In this document: one piece after another, positions 52,469 through 64,000 of the stretch
Position numbering within the stretch: position 1 is the first letter of the stretch
How the letters are laid out: each line of letters starts with the position of its first letter
Assembly (NCBI GenBank): GCA_964016885.1
Contig: OZ024740.1
Span: forward strand, 313,782,001-313,846,000
Source: Eledone cirrhosa
Lineage: Eukaryota
DNA length: 64,000 nt
Direction: 5' to 3'
Program-made: the position numbers and the translations under genes
The notes under the pieces: model-generated
Told to the model about the DNA's origin: nothing
Seen by the model: the letters and a program-made list of their open reading frames with translations, nothing else
Database searches by the model: none

Positions 52469-53101
52469 TTATTTTGGTTTGTTGGTTCACCACTGGATAG
52501 AACTGGTCATTCCGTATTGTCAACCTCGATGTAATATTATGGAGAGCACTCAACGTAATGCAACTCACCCGTCTTCGTTTGTGTAGTTGGTGGTGCGAGT
52601 ACGGAGTTAATTATTATAATTCAGGACCCGACGGCTGAGCTCAGCCGTCGGGACCTGAATTTTTTCATATTATCCACTCTACTATCCCAAGTATCGAGGA
52701 CTCTGTTGAGTAATAGGCTAACTAGTTTAAAACTGGTTCTATCCTGATATATATATATGTAAATATATATGTGTGTGTTTGTATGTGTATGTGTGTGTGT
52801 ATGTGTGTGTCTGTGTGTTTGTGTGTCTTTGTGTGTGTATATACGAACGCTAATTATATGCAAAGTAGTCCGTCCATTTCAGAATAATATCAATAATAAT
52901 TAGTTCCAAATATCGATTAAAGGTGTTTATCACTTTTCTCAATTTACAAGGAAATTCGTATTTTTTGGCATGTTTACATGCATTCATAGTACGAGTAAAT
53001 ATGTGTATATTTATATACATATTGATGCAATCTCGGTTACACATTCTGTATATATACAGATACAACTTTATCGTACACATCGGCTGCTAATGCACTTCTT
53101 A

Positions 53102-53102
<1 letters not shown>
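51989..53102. repeat. Inverted duplication with 240-bp essentially identical arms
   Basis: 51989-52228 is the reverse complement of 52863-53102; the same peptide MCTIKLY...KWTDY appears on both strands in the ORF track. Arms extend into mirrored microsatellites. Confidence 0.92.
52618..52661. repeat. 44-bp near-perfect palindrome
   Basis: AATTCAGG-A-CCCGACGGCTGAGCTCAGCCGTCGGG-A-CCTGAATT, one mismatch pair. Confidence 0.9.
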
Positions 53103-53149
<47 letters not shown>

Positions 53150-53179
53150 TTAAATATATGTATATATATATATATATAA

Positions 53180-53211
<32 letters not shown>

Positions 53212-53216
53212 TTAAA

Positions 53217-53290
<74 letters not shown>

Positions 53291-53344
53291 AAATAAAATA
53301 AAATAAATAAGTCAAATATTTAAAATTTGGTTTCGTTTATTATT

Positions 53345-53399
53345 ACTGCTATATATATTTCGGTGACAGCCATCTTTGGCTGTGACCTCTTCAGGCAGT
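53345..53399 (-). ncRNA. Type I hammerhead ribozyme motif (minus strand)
   Basis: ACUGC-CUGAAGA-GGUCACAGCCA AAGA UGGCUGUCACC-GAAA UAUAU AUA-GCAGU; triplet AUA. Confidence 0.82.
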
Positions 53400-53489
53400 C
53401 CGAATTAGTGTGGTAGAGACAATTCCACATGTTGTTGAGGTGTTTAACTTTGTCAATACTCTGATATGCCCAGTTCCACACTAATTCGG

Positions 53490-53544
53490 ACTGCCTGAAG
53501 AGGTCACAGCCAAAGTTGGCTGTCACCGAAATATATATCGCAGT
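53490..53544 (+). ncRNA. Type I hammerhead ribozyme motif (plus strand)
   Basis: ACUGC-CUGAAGA-GGUCACAGCCA AAGU UGGCUGUCACC-GAAA UAUAU AUC-GCAGU. Perfect helix I, G-C closed helix II, palindromic helix III, triplet AUC at 53537-53539. Confidence 0.87.
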
Positions 53545-54989
53545 AATAAACGAAGCCAAATTTTAAATATTTGACTTATTTATTTTAGTTTATTTTACAT
53601 TACTCCGGAGTAAATCAAACCAACCTGCGCACTTCGTCGAGTGCTCCAATCTGCATATTGAGGTGTTGGTATACAACCAACATATACTCAAAATATATAT
53701 GTATATATGTATATATATGTATATATATATATATATATATAAATATATATGTATATATATATATATTTATTTATTTATTTATTATTACATATATACACAC
53801 ATACATACATACATACCTAAACACACACACACACTATATATATATATATATATATATATTAAGTAGCATAGACATAAATGCAGATATATTTGAACATAGA
53901 TAAAATAGATAAACAAACACTCATATACTCACATGCGCATATAGCAAATACACAGGCATGCCAACGAAATAACAGATTAAATACTATGTAGTATGAAAGA
54001 AAAAAACAAAACTAGGTGTGACAAGTCAACAGAAAAATAATGGAATATATGTTATTTATGTTTTATACGGTTGACTGCTTCCTTCATGTCACAAGTAACT
54101 TGACTACGTGTTGTTTTACTAATGGCGGCCATTTTAATATAATAATCATCACTTTCTCTCTCGCTGCGTCTCTTTGCTCCTCTCTTTTGTTCTTTTTTCT
54201 GATTTTTCATTTTCTTTTTCTCGTGCCTCTTTTCTCTCTCACTCATTCTTTCTTAAATTAATTTCCAGCACAAACAGGCACTGCTTGCTCGTCAAGGATA
54301 ATTATTGCTTAGTAATATATTGTAAATAAAACAGTTCAAAAGGCGTGTTTACACAAATCTGATAACTCATGGAATGGAATTCCTTTTAAAATGCTGTAAA
54401 AAAGTAGTCAAATCTCAGTTTATTATTATTGTTTTTGTTGTTTGGTAGTCCTAGGCCAACGTAGATCGAGCAAACCTCTGGTCAATTCCGTGAGTATGTG
54501 CTCCTCTTATTGCTATTCAAATGCTATATTACCTAATATGTCATGTACCCTTTTTAAGAAGGTAGGATATGATTTGAAGGAATTTGCCTGTTATTTCTAG
54601 CAGATATAACGTCCATATTAAGGCTCTCTCTCTGGTTTGCTTAAGACAAGTTATTCTTCAGATGCTGAACTTCGTTTTTCGTAGATAATATTACATATTA
54701 CAGATTATTTAAACGCATTTTGCTATATTATGATCTACATATTTAAAAACATATTTACACCTTAATAAGATTGCAATTTGTTGCAGAAAAAATAAAAAGT
54801 CGTTTTTCCTAGTCTAAGAGTATAATCTAAGTATAACAACACACACAATTTATTCATGGATAAAATCTGAATATTCTCAGCAAATCAGCCAATTATTCAG
54901 TACAGTGTCATGGGCGATTAAATGTTTGGCAGTCTACATAATTTTAATTTTGGTATTGGGTATATATCGAGCAATGGCATTAATTAGAA

Positions 54990-55221
54990 TGTATTCCAGA
55001 AAGCAATGGGATCCGCACAACACATGCCAGGACAAGCCCATCATCAATATCGATGGAAAATGAAATATAACCCAGCATACGACTGTCGGTACCCTGACCA
55101 GACAGTACTGTCTTTTATTCGAGATTGCCCCCTCAGATGTTTTCCCGGCGGTCTGGAGGCAATCCATGATATTACAAATGACGTCATGGTCTGGTTTGCA
55201 GGTCTTGACCTGCCTTTCTAG
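54990..55221 (+). pseudogene. 3' relic of an Ingi/Vingi-like (I-group) LINE
   Basis: RKQW / RWKMKYNPAYDCRYPDQTVLSFIRDCPLRCFPGGLEAIHDITNDVMVWFAGLDL* fits the W....P.CDCG...QT..HI...CP.R.F.GG...H.......W...LD pattern. Clade assignment is from memory. Confidence 0.55.
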
Positions 55222-55488
55222 CTATTGTGTATATATCATATGACAAGTAGAAGAATTTTAAGTATTTATATTTTTATACATGCTTTAGGCATTGCATTTT
55301 AATCAGTCTTATCTCCAGTATATATATGTGTGTGTGCGTGTGTGTGTGTATACACTCACACACACACACGCACAGACACACACATATATATATATATATA
55401 TAATGTGGTAAAAAATCCAGGAGGTTAATTCCACAGTTGAGTTGGGTATAGAGTTAGATCCACAGTAAAATTAACAAACCAAATATGG

Positions 55489-55524
<36 letters not shown>

Positions 55525-55750
55525 GTATATATATGAAAGGCACTGTGTGGTTACTAATAAAGAAGAAGAAGAAGAAGAAGAAGAAGAAGAAGAAGAAGAA
55601 GAAGAAGAAGAAGAAGAAGAAGAAGAAGAAGAAGAAGAAGAAGAACGTAATATACTTCAAACTACAAAAATGTAACGCCACCGCTTCTTGATAGAATAAA
55701 TAATAATTATTATATCCCCAAACGAGACCAACCGGGCTCAGTGATGTTAT

Positions 55751-58135
55751 ACTTGTACTTGTACTTGTCGACATTCACCCTGGACGGGTTGAGCCGGCTT
55801 CTTCCCTTGTCCTGACGGCATCCCGAACCATGGCAGCCCACGCACGACGGTCCCGGGCTAGGTCACTGGAGATAGCGAGCCAGTCACGGTTCCATCGGCG
55901 CAGGCCGACCACCTGCGGACCTGAGAGTTCGGAGAGGTCCTCCTTGATCGTCGTTGCTCAGGTCTTCAGCTTCCCGCCAACAAACGCTTGTGCCAGTTAG
56001 GGAGTGGAGGTGGGAGGAGAACATTGCGGATTAGCTCACCCTTAGGGCGCCAGGGTGCGTGACCAAACGATTTCAAGCGCCGTTGCAGAAGAACTGAAGG
56101 AAGGGGTCAAAGATTCGGGCGAAGACGAAGACTGGTGGTAGGTACTCGATCAACGCATCGGCAGCGAAGAATGCGGCGGAGACAGTGATTGTCGGAGACC
56201 TCCAGCCCTCATTGATCGACTACCATCATAGGCTATGTTTCACAGCCATAGAGGAGGATAATGCGAACGACGGCCTGGTATATTCGCCCTTTGGTCGCCG
56301 AGGTGATCTCTCTTCTGTCCCACAGACACCGCTGGAGGCGCCCAAAAGCGGATCTGGCAGCACCTATGCGACGTTTGACCTCGGCTGCGCCCTGTCCCGT
56401 TGGAACCACTGTTGAGCCCAAGTAAACGAAGGACTCCACATCATCCAGGTCCACGCCCTCGAGAGATATTGGCTGCCAGGCATCAGGCGAGACCGGTGAC
56501 GTCATGACTTTCGACTTGGCGGCATTGATTCGCAGACCAACAGCGGCAGCTGCAGTGTGCACCCTTTCGACAGCACCTTGTACATCTGTCCCGTTAGTGC
56601 CCATCAGCACGATGTTATCCGCGTAGGCCAGGTCCGTCACCAGGACCCCTCTCCCGACCTCTACGCCCGGGTAATCCCGGAGCGCTGTGTTCAGAGTGTA
56701 GACAATGGCGTAGTTAAAGAGAGTTGGCGATAGCGCACACCCCTGCTGAACACCGATCACAACATCGAACGACTCCGTCTCCCCACCATAGACACTCACT
56801 CGAGCCCGAGTCGACCAGTAGTAGCCTTGTATAAGACAAAGCAGCTTCACTGGGATGCCGTCCGCCTGCATTGTACGCCATAGGGCTTCCCGATCTACTG
56901 AATCGAAGGCAGCTTCAAAGTCGATGAAGCAGAGTACGGTAGGCTGTTGATGTGCCCACCGTTGTTCCAGGACACGCCGGAGAATGAAGATTTGATCAAT
57001 GCAATCTCTCGCCGGACGGAAGCCGCCCTGAGAAGGACGGGTACGGACATCACGGATGGCCTGGAACCTCTTCAGCAGAAGAATTGAGAAGGTTTGGCAG
57101 CAACGTCAATTAAACTGATACCCCTGTAGTTGGAACACAGTTTCCTGTCGCTTTTTTTGAAGAAGGGTAGGAGAGTTGCCTCGCTCCAGTCACCAGGGCA
57201 CCGCTCCGTCGCCCACACCGAGGAGAAGACTCGTTGGAGCCAAGCTGCGAAGATATCAGGCTCGGCCTTGTAGACCTCAGCTGGAACGCCATCCTCGCCC
57301 GGCGCCTTGTTGTTACGGAGATGTGTCAGGACATCACGTACCTCATCGACCATTGGAGGAGCAGTGCCCCACCCTATTATTCTCCGGAAGGCTGCACGTA
57401 GGTTGGCGTGGGTGGTAGCGGTTGGTTGAGTAGCTCGGAGAAATGGTCCCGCCATCGGACTAGCCGGTCATTAAGATTAGTAATGACCGCCCCGTTCTGA
57501 TCACGGATCTTCTCGCTGATACCCGTACTGCTTCGGCTGGCCCGCTTCACCAGTTGGTAGAGCTTCCGCGAGTCACACAGGCTGCTGCCCTCTCCGTCTG
57601 CTCCGCAAATTCGCGCCATGGTGCATTCCGATCGGCCCGAATAGCTCGAGATGTGCGACGTCGTAGATCTCGAAGATTGGGTGCACTCTCGAGTCGGGCC
57701 ACTCTCGCCCTCTCCGCGAGTTAAAGAGTGCTTTGCATTGCGTTCGTAGCGGGAAGGCAATTCGTATTCATAGTTCGTATTTGTAGGATTCATGGAAGAA
57801 GTGTCATGGGAATAGTGAATTCACAAGCGGTCCAAAAAAACCCGCATGTATATCCCGAACGAGGGGAAAAAACGTCCTATTTGCCACAGATTCCCCACAG
57901 ACGCAGAGACAGAAACGACCCGAAGCTGCCGGTTACCGGAACAGACACCTCTTGGATTTTCACCAAAGCCCCTTTTGCCGGGTTGTGGCCCTAATACCAC
58001 TGGGTGCCAGACCAATCCGCCTTGGGTGGCCCTACCAGGAACCGAAGTTCCCGACGGCATAGCTCTGACACTACCCGTCACCACCGCCCTGCCATGTTCA
58101 GGAGGGGTTGGACTTTAGGTTGATGTTATCCAACT
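55751..58135 (-). mobile_element. RTE-clade LINE with 5'UTR, (CAAGTA)n tail and candidate TSD; endonuclease absent
   Basis: 3' tail CAAGTACAAGTACAAGT; direct repeat TCAGTGATGTTAT (55738-55750) / TCAGTGATGCTAT (58136-58148); GC-rich body with RT motifs. Confidence 0.88.
55775..57793 (-). pseudogene. RTE reverse transcriptase ORF, frameshifted
   Basis: RWRDHFSELLN, KAPGEDG, NYRGISL, QGGFRPARDCIDQIFILR, FIDFEAAFDSVDR, GVQQGCALSPTLF, LAYADN (YADD changed to YADN), FVYLGS, LLYGCET. Confidence 0.9.
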
Positions 58136-58590
58136 TCAGTGATGCTATCCAATCATCTTGCTCGGAGTCTACTCTTTTGACTCCTGCTTGTTGGTTTTGC
58201 CCATAAAATCTGTCCAGTGACTCTTTCCTGATATATCCTAACCCCATGTTCGTAGCACCGGAGCCATGATCTCTCAATTCTGAAAAGTAGCGCCTCTACT
58301 TGGAATGACTTTCTGATTTCTGATTTCCTTGGAGGAACCCATTTCGTCCACGTGTATTCACGATTGTATTCTTTCTGTCATTACCTAAGATTCATGACCA
58401 TAGGTAAGGATTCGTTGAACGTTATAATGTGATAATCTATGTATTTTACAGCAGTTTACTCGTGAGTTTTTAAACACATATCTATTTGTGTACTTCTCTC
58501 TTATACTGATTTATAAAGAGCCTGAAATCTATTCCTTGAGCTCATTAAATTATAGGTGATTAACGTAGATCTTTAACTCACATTTTAATT

Positions 58591-58655
<65 letters not shown>

Positions 58656-58771
58656 TATATTTATATATATATATTTATATATATATATATACATATCTAC
58701 ATAGCTACATACATACACGCATACATACATGCATACATACACACATACGTACATACATGTATATATATATG

Positions 58772-58852
<81 letters not shown>

Positions 58853-60769
58853 TCACGTAAATATAGCCTGAATTTCCCACAAAAATATGAGACAAAACAC
58901 AATCCTGTAATTTATCTACTGAAACTACAACCTACAAAACATCGATTTAACTTATATGCTATATTATAAATATTGCACGAAAAATGGCCGTCACGTACCA
59001 GCGTGATTTACACACGGATAGATACATTAATTGCTGTGTGGATATTTGGGTGAATTCTGTGCCTGTGAGTTTAAATTTGTTGATGATGAAAAGAAAACAC
59101 TGGTTATATTTTATCTGTTTTATATTGCACTTAATGAATAATTGCTAGGTAAACAGGTTTCCAACGCAATACTCTCTGTTTCATTACATATTCTAAACCA
59201 CAGCCAGATAAAGGTCACGAGTTTGACTGGTATATAGTCACTAATAAACACACTCCTGACAATGACCCTTCCTCCAGATCTCGCCAATGAAGAAAGACAT
59301 GTTTGTAATTGTATAAATCAAAAGTCGCAACACAATTTGTTCAAAGACTTTTCACCGTTATTTACAACCTTCGCTAATTAATATACATTGTCAAAATACA
59401 CAAATACACAAATATACAAATAGAAAATTTAGAATTCATTAAAATATATATATATATATATATAAATTATATATAAATTATGTATATATATAAATTATAT
59501 ATATATAAATTATGGCTACATTTCCCAATGTTTTCTTTCCTAAATTCTGACTATTTATATCCCCTTCCTCTCTTTCTCTCTTTCTCTCTTTCTCTCTGTC
59601 TCACACTACTTGTTTTATGATTCGTTAAACTAACAGGCAATGAAAGGTATGAATAAGTTTGTACATTACTTCAGTAGGGCAGTCGCTCTTAGTGACGATA
59701 TGAATTTTGACTTATTTAGTCAGAGTAATAAAAGGGGAAATATTTTCGTACACATATATTCATATCGACACATTACCATCATTATTTCCTTAAGCCGGAT
59801 TTGATGTTACGATCTTATCATAAAATAAAGTTTGTAAGTTCAATTTCAGCTCGAGAATTATACATAGATAAAAATGACGAATAATGGGAAATAGTTGCAC
59901 AATCTTTCGAAATGTGAAAGACAAACCTTTCTTAAGAGCCCAGAAATTTATCTACCAGTACTACTAATAAATCATATAAGATATTTTGGGAGACAAGCCG
60001 TTTGAATTTAAACTGTGAATATAAAGAAATTAAATTAAATTACGTGAAGCATTTCCTCTGAGACTCTAACATTTTTACCAACTCAACATCCGGCTTAAAA
60101 TTACGTGAAAATCCCCGAGAAAGAGATAGTATTGAGCATACGACCGTATTGAGTTATAGAGTTACAACTTTCGACATCATTTTTGCTTTGCTTCTTTGCC
60201 TCAAATTATTTCTCTAACTATCTTTAACTTAAGAGAAAACATTGTGGAAGTAAAACATTATCCCTGATTCCACTTGACCTCAACATTTATGCAAGCATTT
60301 GCAAACAAACAATCGAATCTAGCAAGCGAATAAGTACAGTCGCCTTTAATACCCTAAGGCAAAGCAAACAGGCGTTAACCACGTGGCAAGCAGAACCCAC
60401 ACAAACACAAACATAATACACCATGGCAACGAATGTAGCTGCAGTTCCTATGATAAATAAACAGTTAAATCACAAACCGATCGCATATCACAAGCGATAT
60501 GTTTTTTTCCGAAATCTCTAGAATTTTAATTAATTATAACACTTGCAGACTTTAAATGGGAACATCTAAAGTTTCTGAAAAGGATGTAAAAACAACAAGA
60601 CAGGACCATAGTATTTTCAAACACAACTAAACGTGATAAACCAATGATTGTGGATTTGCTAGGAAATTTTAGTGAGTAGAGGAAGTGTCGTTTTCAAATG
60701 AGATGGCGGTTTACGGGAGCGATAAAAATATTAATTTTGTACATAGCTAGAGGGCTCCAGTGAAGTAAA

Positions 60770-61625
60770 TGAAGTGAAATGCCTACAGTCTGCAGGCAAA
60801 ACCGGGTCATGGATTCGAACTTTTAAAAGATTATATCCAGTACAAAACAATGTTCCGCAGGGTATAAAAGTATTGGCTTTCTTATTCACTAAGCAGGAAG
60901 TTTTTAAATTCGGTGAAGAGGTAAATATATACTGTAACATTCATACATATGTACATGGAAATGATTTGCACACGTAGGCAATCGAAACCTGGTCATTGCC
61001 TCCAATTTTTATCTTCATCCTTTTAATGGCTTAGACGGAAGGAAAGGCAGCGCCCATTACATTTTGTTTGGCCTACGAGACTGAGAGGAGAAAGTGAGGA
61101 GGTTATTCTCTGAACAGAGACCTTGCACGAAAACTACCAACAAAATGGATTCCACTAAATGCATCAAATGGACAAGTATGGTTATAAAAACCAGGTGACG
61201 AAATACTTATTCAGACCTGTCAACTCTCCCCGTCGGACGGGGAGATCTCCTACCCACTTTGGGGTGGATGAGAAATGTCTTCTCTTGTGAAAATGGTTAT
61301 AGCTTTCATTCAAATCCCGCCGAGGTTTACTTTGCCTTTCATCCTTACGGGGTCGATAAAATAAAGTACCAGTGATGCACTGGGTAATTGCTGGCCTTGT
61401 GCCAAAAGTAGAAACAATTATGTAAAATCTCCACATTTTGCCTCATTTCTCCCCGTTTTAGGGGCACTTTTCTCGTGGTACTCCCCATTTGGGTTTTTAG
61501 AGGTTAGCAGGTCTGAGAAAGTGAGGAGATTAACCTTAGGAAAGAAAAGAAACCCAACAGATTGGACTCCACTAAAGTAATCAAAGGGCCAAGTTATGGT
61601 AATAAAAACCGGGTGACGAAATATG
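60770..61625 (+). pseudogene. Very decayed RTE-like relic interrupted by a MITE
   Basis: VQNNVPQG..L..LF, IETWSL and TDWTPL...DEI-like fragments occur in RTE order. Weak. Confidence 0.4.
61212..61515. mobile_element. MITE (same family as 8674-8871) carrying a nested 5'-truncated SINE family 1
   Basis: TIRs CAGACCTGTCAAC / GTTAGCAGGTCTG. The SINE at about 61309-61419 is absent from the 8674 copy, which reads TTTCATTATGTAAAATC at that site. Confidence 0.8.
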
Positions 61626-62258
61626 TATACTAACCAAGATCAAGAATAGTTCCTACTACGGAGTTCCACACAATTTCAATCTACTAAATTTCAGTAACAG
61701 ATTTTTCGTCGACCCCAAAATATGGGAAAAAAATATTTGCCCAGAATTCTACGTAGTTGAGCCGAATCTGAAACTGCGTAGTTTTCCATAAACTTGCGAG
61801 TCGCGAATTACTCATTGATACGTGCCAAATGTAAGAGTTAGAAACACTCATACATTACTAAGTTACTTGACTCTGAATGGAGTGAGAGTAAAGGTACTGA
61901 GTGACGTTCCTGTCATTTTCCGGATACTTTAGAGGTGTAAATTCTACCAATTGATTACTATCGTGAACAAAATGCCACGAATTTTGTATGATTGTTTTCT
62001 TGAATATATCGACACGAGAGGCTTGACAGGTTATTGTTATCAGCTGTATATGAACTCAAATCACAACATATCGCAACTAAATACCGTGAGACATAATGCT
62101 TTCTAATTTAACCTTTCTACGATCTGTCGACCATATCGAGAACAATGAACCACACATAAATAGGGAGCTTCAAATGAAAGTCTAATAGCAACAAAACACG
62201 TTTCCAAGACCAAACTCATTAAAAGTTTACATATATCCAAGAGGTGTATATTAAGAAG

Positions 62259-62311
<53 letters not shown>

Positions 62312-63898
62312 TCTGAGTTTGTGTGTGTGTAAACTGAAAATCCAGAATTAGATCAAGTGAAAATCTTCGAACTTTGCTAACGTTATTCCAATTGATCAAA
62401 AACGTGTCGGCTCTGTACACATTTATATCTTGTTCAACCTTACCTCACAAGCTAAAAAGCTTAACACCAAGGTAGATTCCTTAGTGTGTGCTCTCGTGCG
62501 GACACTTCGTTCTCTTGGTCATTGGAAGATCCCGACTACACCGTTATAATGTATTAAACCGTATATATAAGATATTCGTAATACATATACTTAGATCAAA
62601 TCACTAATATCAGCGCATCAAACACTAACAGCCTCTCTCCCATTTGACTAGTCCTTCACAAACTCCAAACTTCTCGTTAAATATCTATCCATGTGATAGC
62701 ACAAGTACGTATGAAACTCACACTAACAGAATAGATACCAACATAATTACAATAATCTCTGGGAATGAACCTTGAAAAATCCTAATTCTTTTACACCGAA
62801 ACATATTCACCAATTGAAATACAAAAAACAAGCGTATAAACACATATTAGTGGCTATAAACGACTTTTCACCAGCGTGATTTTGAGATGATGGTACATAT
62901 AAAATTTATTAGAACTAATTTAAGGACACTACGGGCACTACAAATAAATTCGTCCGCTCATCCAGAATATTCTAAGTGTAGTAACTCAACCCTAAACTTT
63001 ACTCAAGATCAATCTTCTTGTGATTTCTCCACATTTCTTGTAAACAGGTATTTTGATGTTTGTCCGTTAACCATCTAACAGAAATCTTCTTAATTTCAGT
63101 GCTACTAAGGTTCAGAGTAATGAATTATTTATATTGCAGTACATATTTAAAACTATGTGGACTAGGGCATTTTAACAGAGCCAGTGACCCTAGAAAAAAT
63201 TCTTCTAAGAAATTAAAAGGTAAAGACCAGTATATATTTTTGTTGGTTCACTACTGATTTTACCATCAACTGTTCATAAATACCATGATAGATTTAGTCT
63301 GACACTACTGTTTCTGTCAATCCTCAACAGTTTAAAATGTTAGTTGCATTCTCTAAGTGGAAAACCTTTTACTTCTATTTAACATTCTCTGATTTAATTT
63401 AATAGTATATAGTGATTAATAGTATCTAGTTATTAAATGACTCACTGTTCAAGTAATCTGCTAAAAAATGAGATTTTAATAGTTGCTATACGTGCTATCA
63501 AATGTCAGGATTAGTTTTGCGAAATCTCTACCTCAACACATCAAACGCCTCAACAGTAACTGTGTTGTTGAAGCATCATTAAACATGTTCATGCTTACGT
63601 GTCAATTAGAAAGAAACAGAGTGGTTACTAGACCGGTTAGAAATAATATCTAAATGTTACTTAAACAAAGAAGGAAATGTAAAAAAAAAATATTGTACTG
63701 GAGTCACCACACATAGAAAACAATGTCTCCTCATCACGTGGTTTTTTAATCATTTTTTTTTTTTTTTTTTTTTTTCGCTTGAGATTGATTTCAGAACAAG
63801 GACTTTATTTAGTTTGGAAATGATGGGCCAGACATGCCGAAAGCCTAACCAATTCCAAGACGTTGGTTGCAGTCTATTATTACGGATAAAACATAAGT

Positions 63899-64000
63899 CG
63901 GTGGATTGGCAAAATCGGTAGAGCGTCGGACAACATGGTTAGCGGCATAGAGTTACAGCCCTTTACGTTCTGAGTTCAAATCCCGCCTAGGTTAGCTTTG
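63899..64000 (+). mobile_element. SINE family 1, 5' part cut by the window end
   Basis: CGGTGGATTGGCAAAATCGG...GAGTTCAAATCCCGCC. Confidence 0.88.

Larger units (their letters stand above)
53294..53587. mobile_element. Fold-back Penelope-like relic with two inverted hammerhead-bearing arms
   Basis: Arms at about 53294-53412 and 53476-53587 are reverse complements with a ~63-bp spacer; (TA)n nearby on both sides. Confidence 0.8.

Noticed and set aside
54121-54135. YY1-like AATGGCGGCCATTTT, and E-box/X-box-like words at 60379-60431, as promoter signals
   Set aside because: Short motifs expected by chance, with no associated gene or transcript evidence.

Overview
AT-rich, microsatellite-dense animal genomic DNA with no host protein-coding exon that I can support. 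The two dominant tRNA-derived SINE families resemble those I recall from octopus, so a coleoid cephalopod origin is an inference. Most ORFs in the supplied track are translations of (TA)n, (CA)n, (ATAC)n, (GAA)n or (CT)n repeats, or antisense shadows. The recognisable content is a retroelement landscape: (1) a 9.8-kb minus-strand composite of two diverged Tx1-clade LINEs joined head-to-tail through a 174-bp spacer and bounded at both ends by a (GATA)n/(GACA)n microsatellite; (2) an RTE LINE with 5'UTR, 3' tail and candidate TSD but no endonuclease; (3) short relics of CRE-, R4/Dong-, RTE-, Ingi/Vingi- and older Tx1-like LINEs; (4) many SINE copies, some with internal tandem amplifications. The strongest non-coding signal is three unrelated small elements, each in or beside (TA)n tracts, with direct and inverted repeats and five type I hammerhead ribozyme motifs (3887-3968, 4411-4492, 50428-50470, 53345-53399, 53490-53544). 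These are Penelope-like or retrozyme-like units. One has two hammerheads 524 nt apart that could release a unit-length, potentially circular RNA. All alignments and folds were done by eye, so boundaries are approximate.
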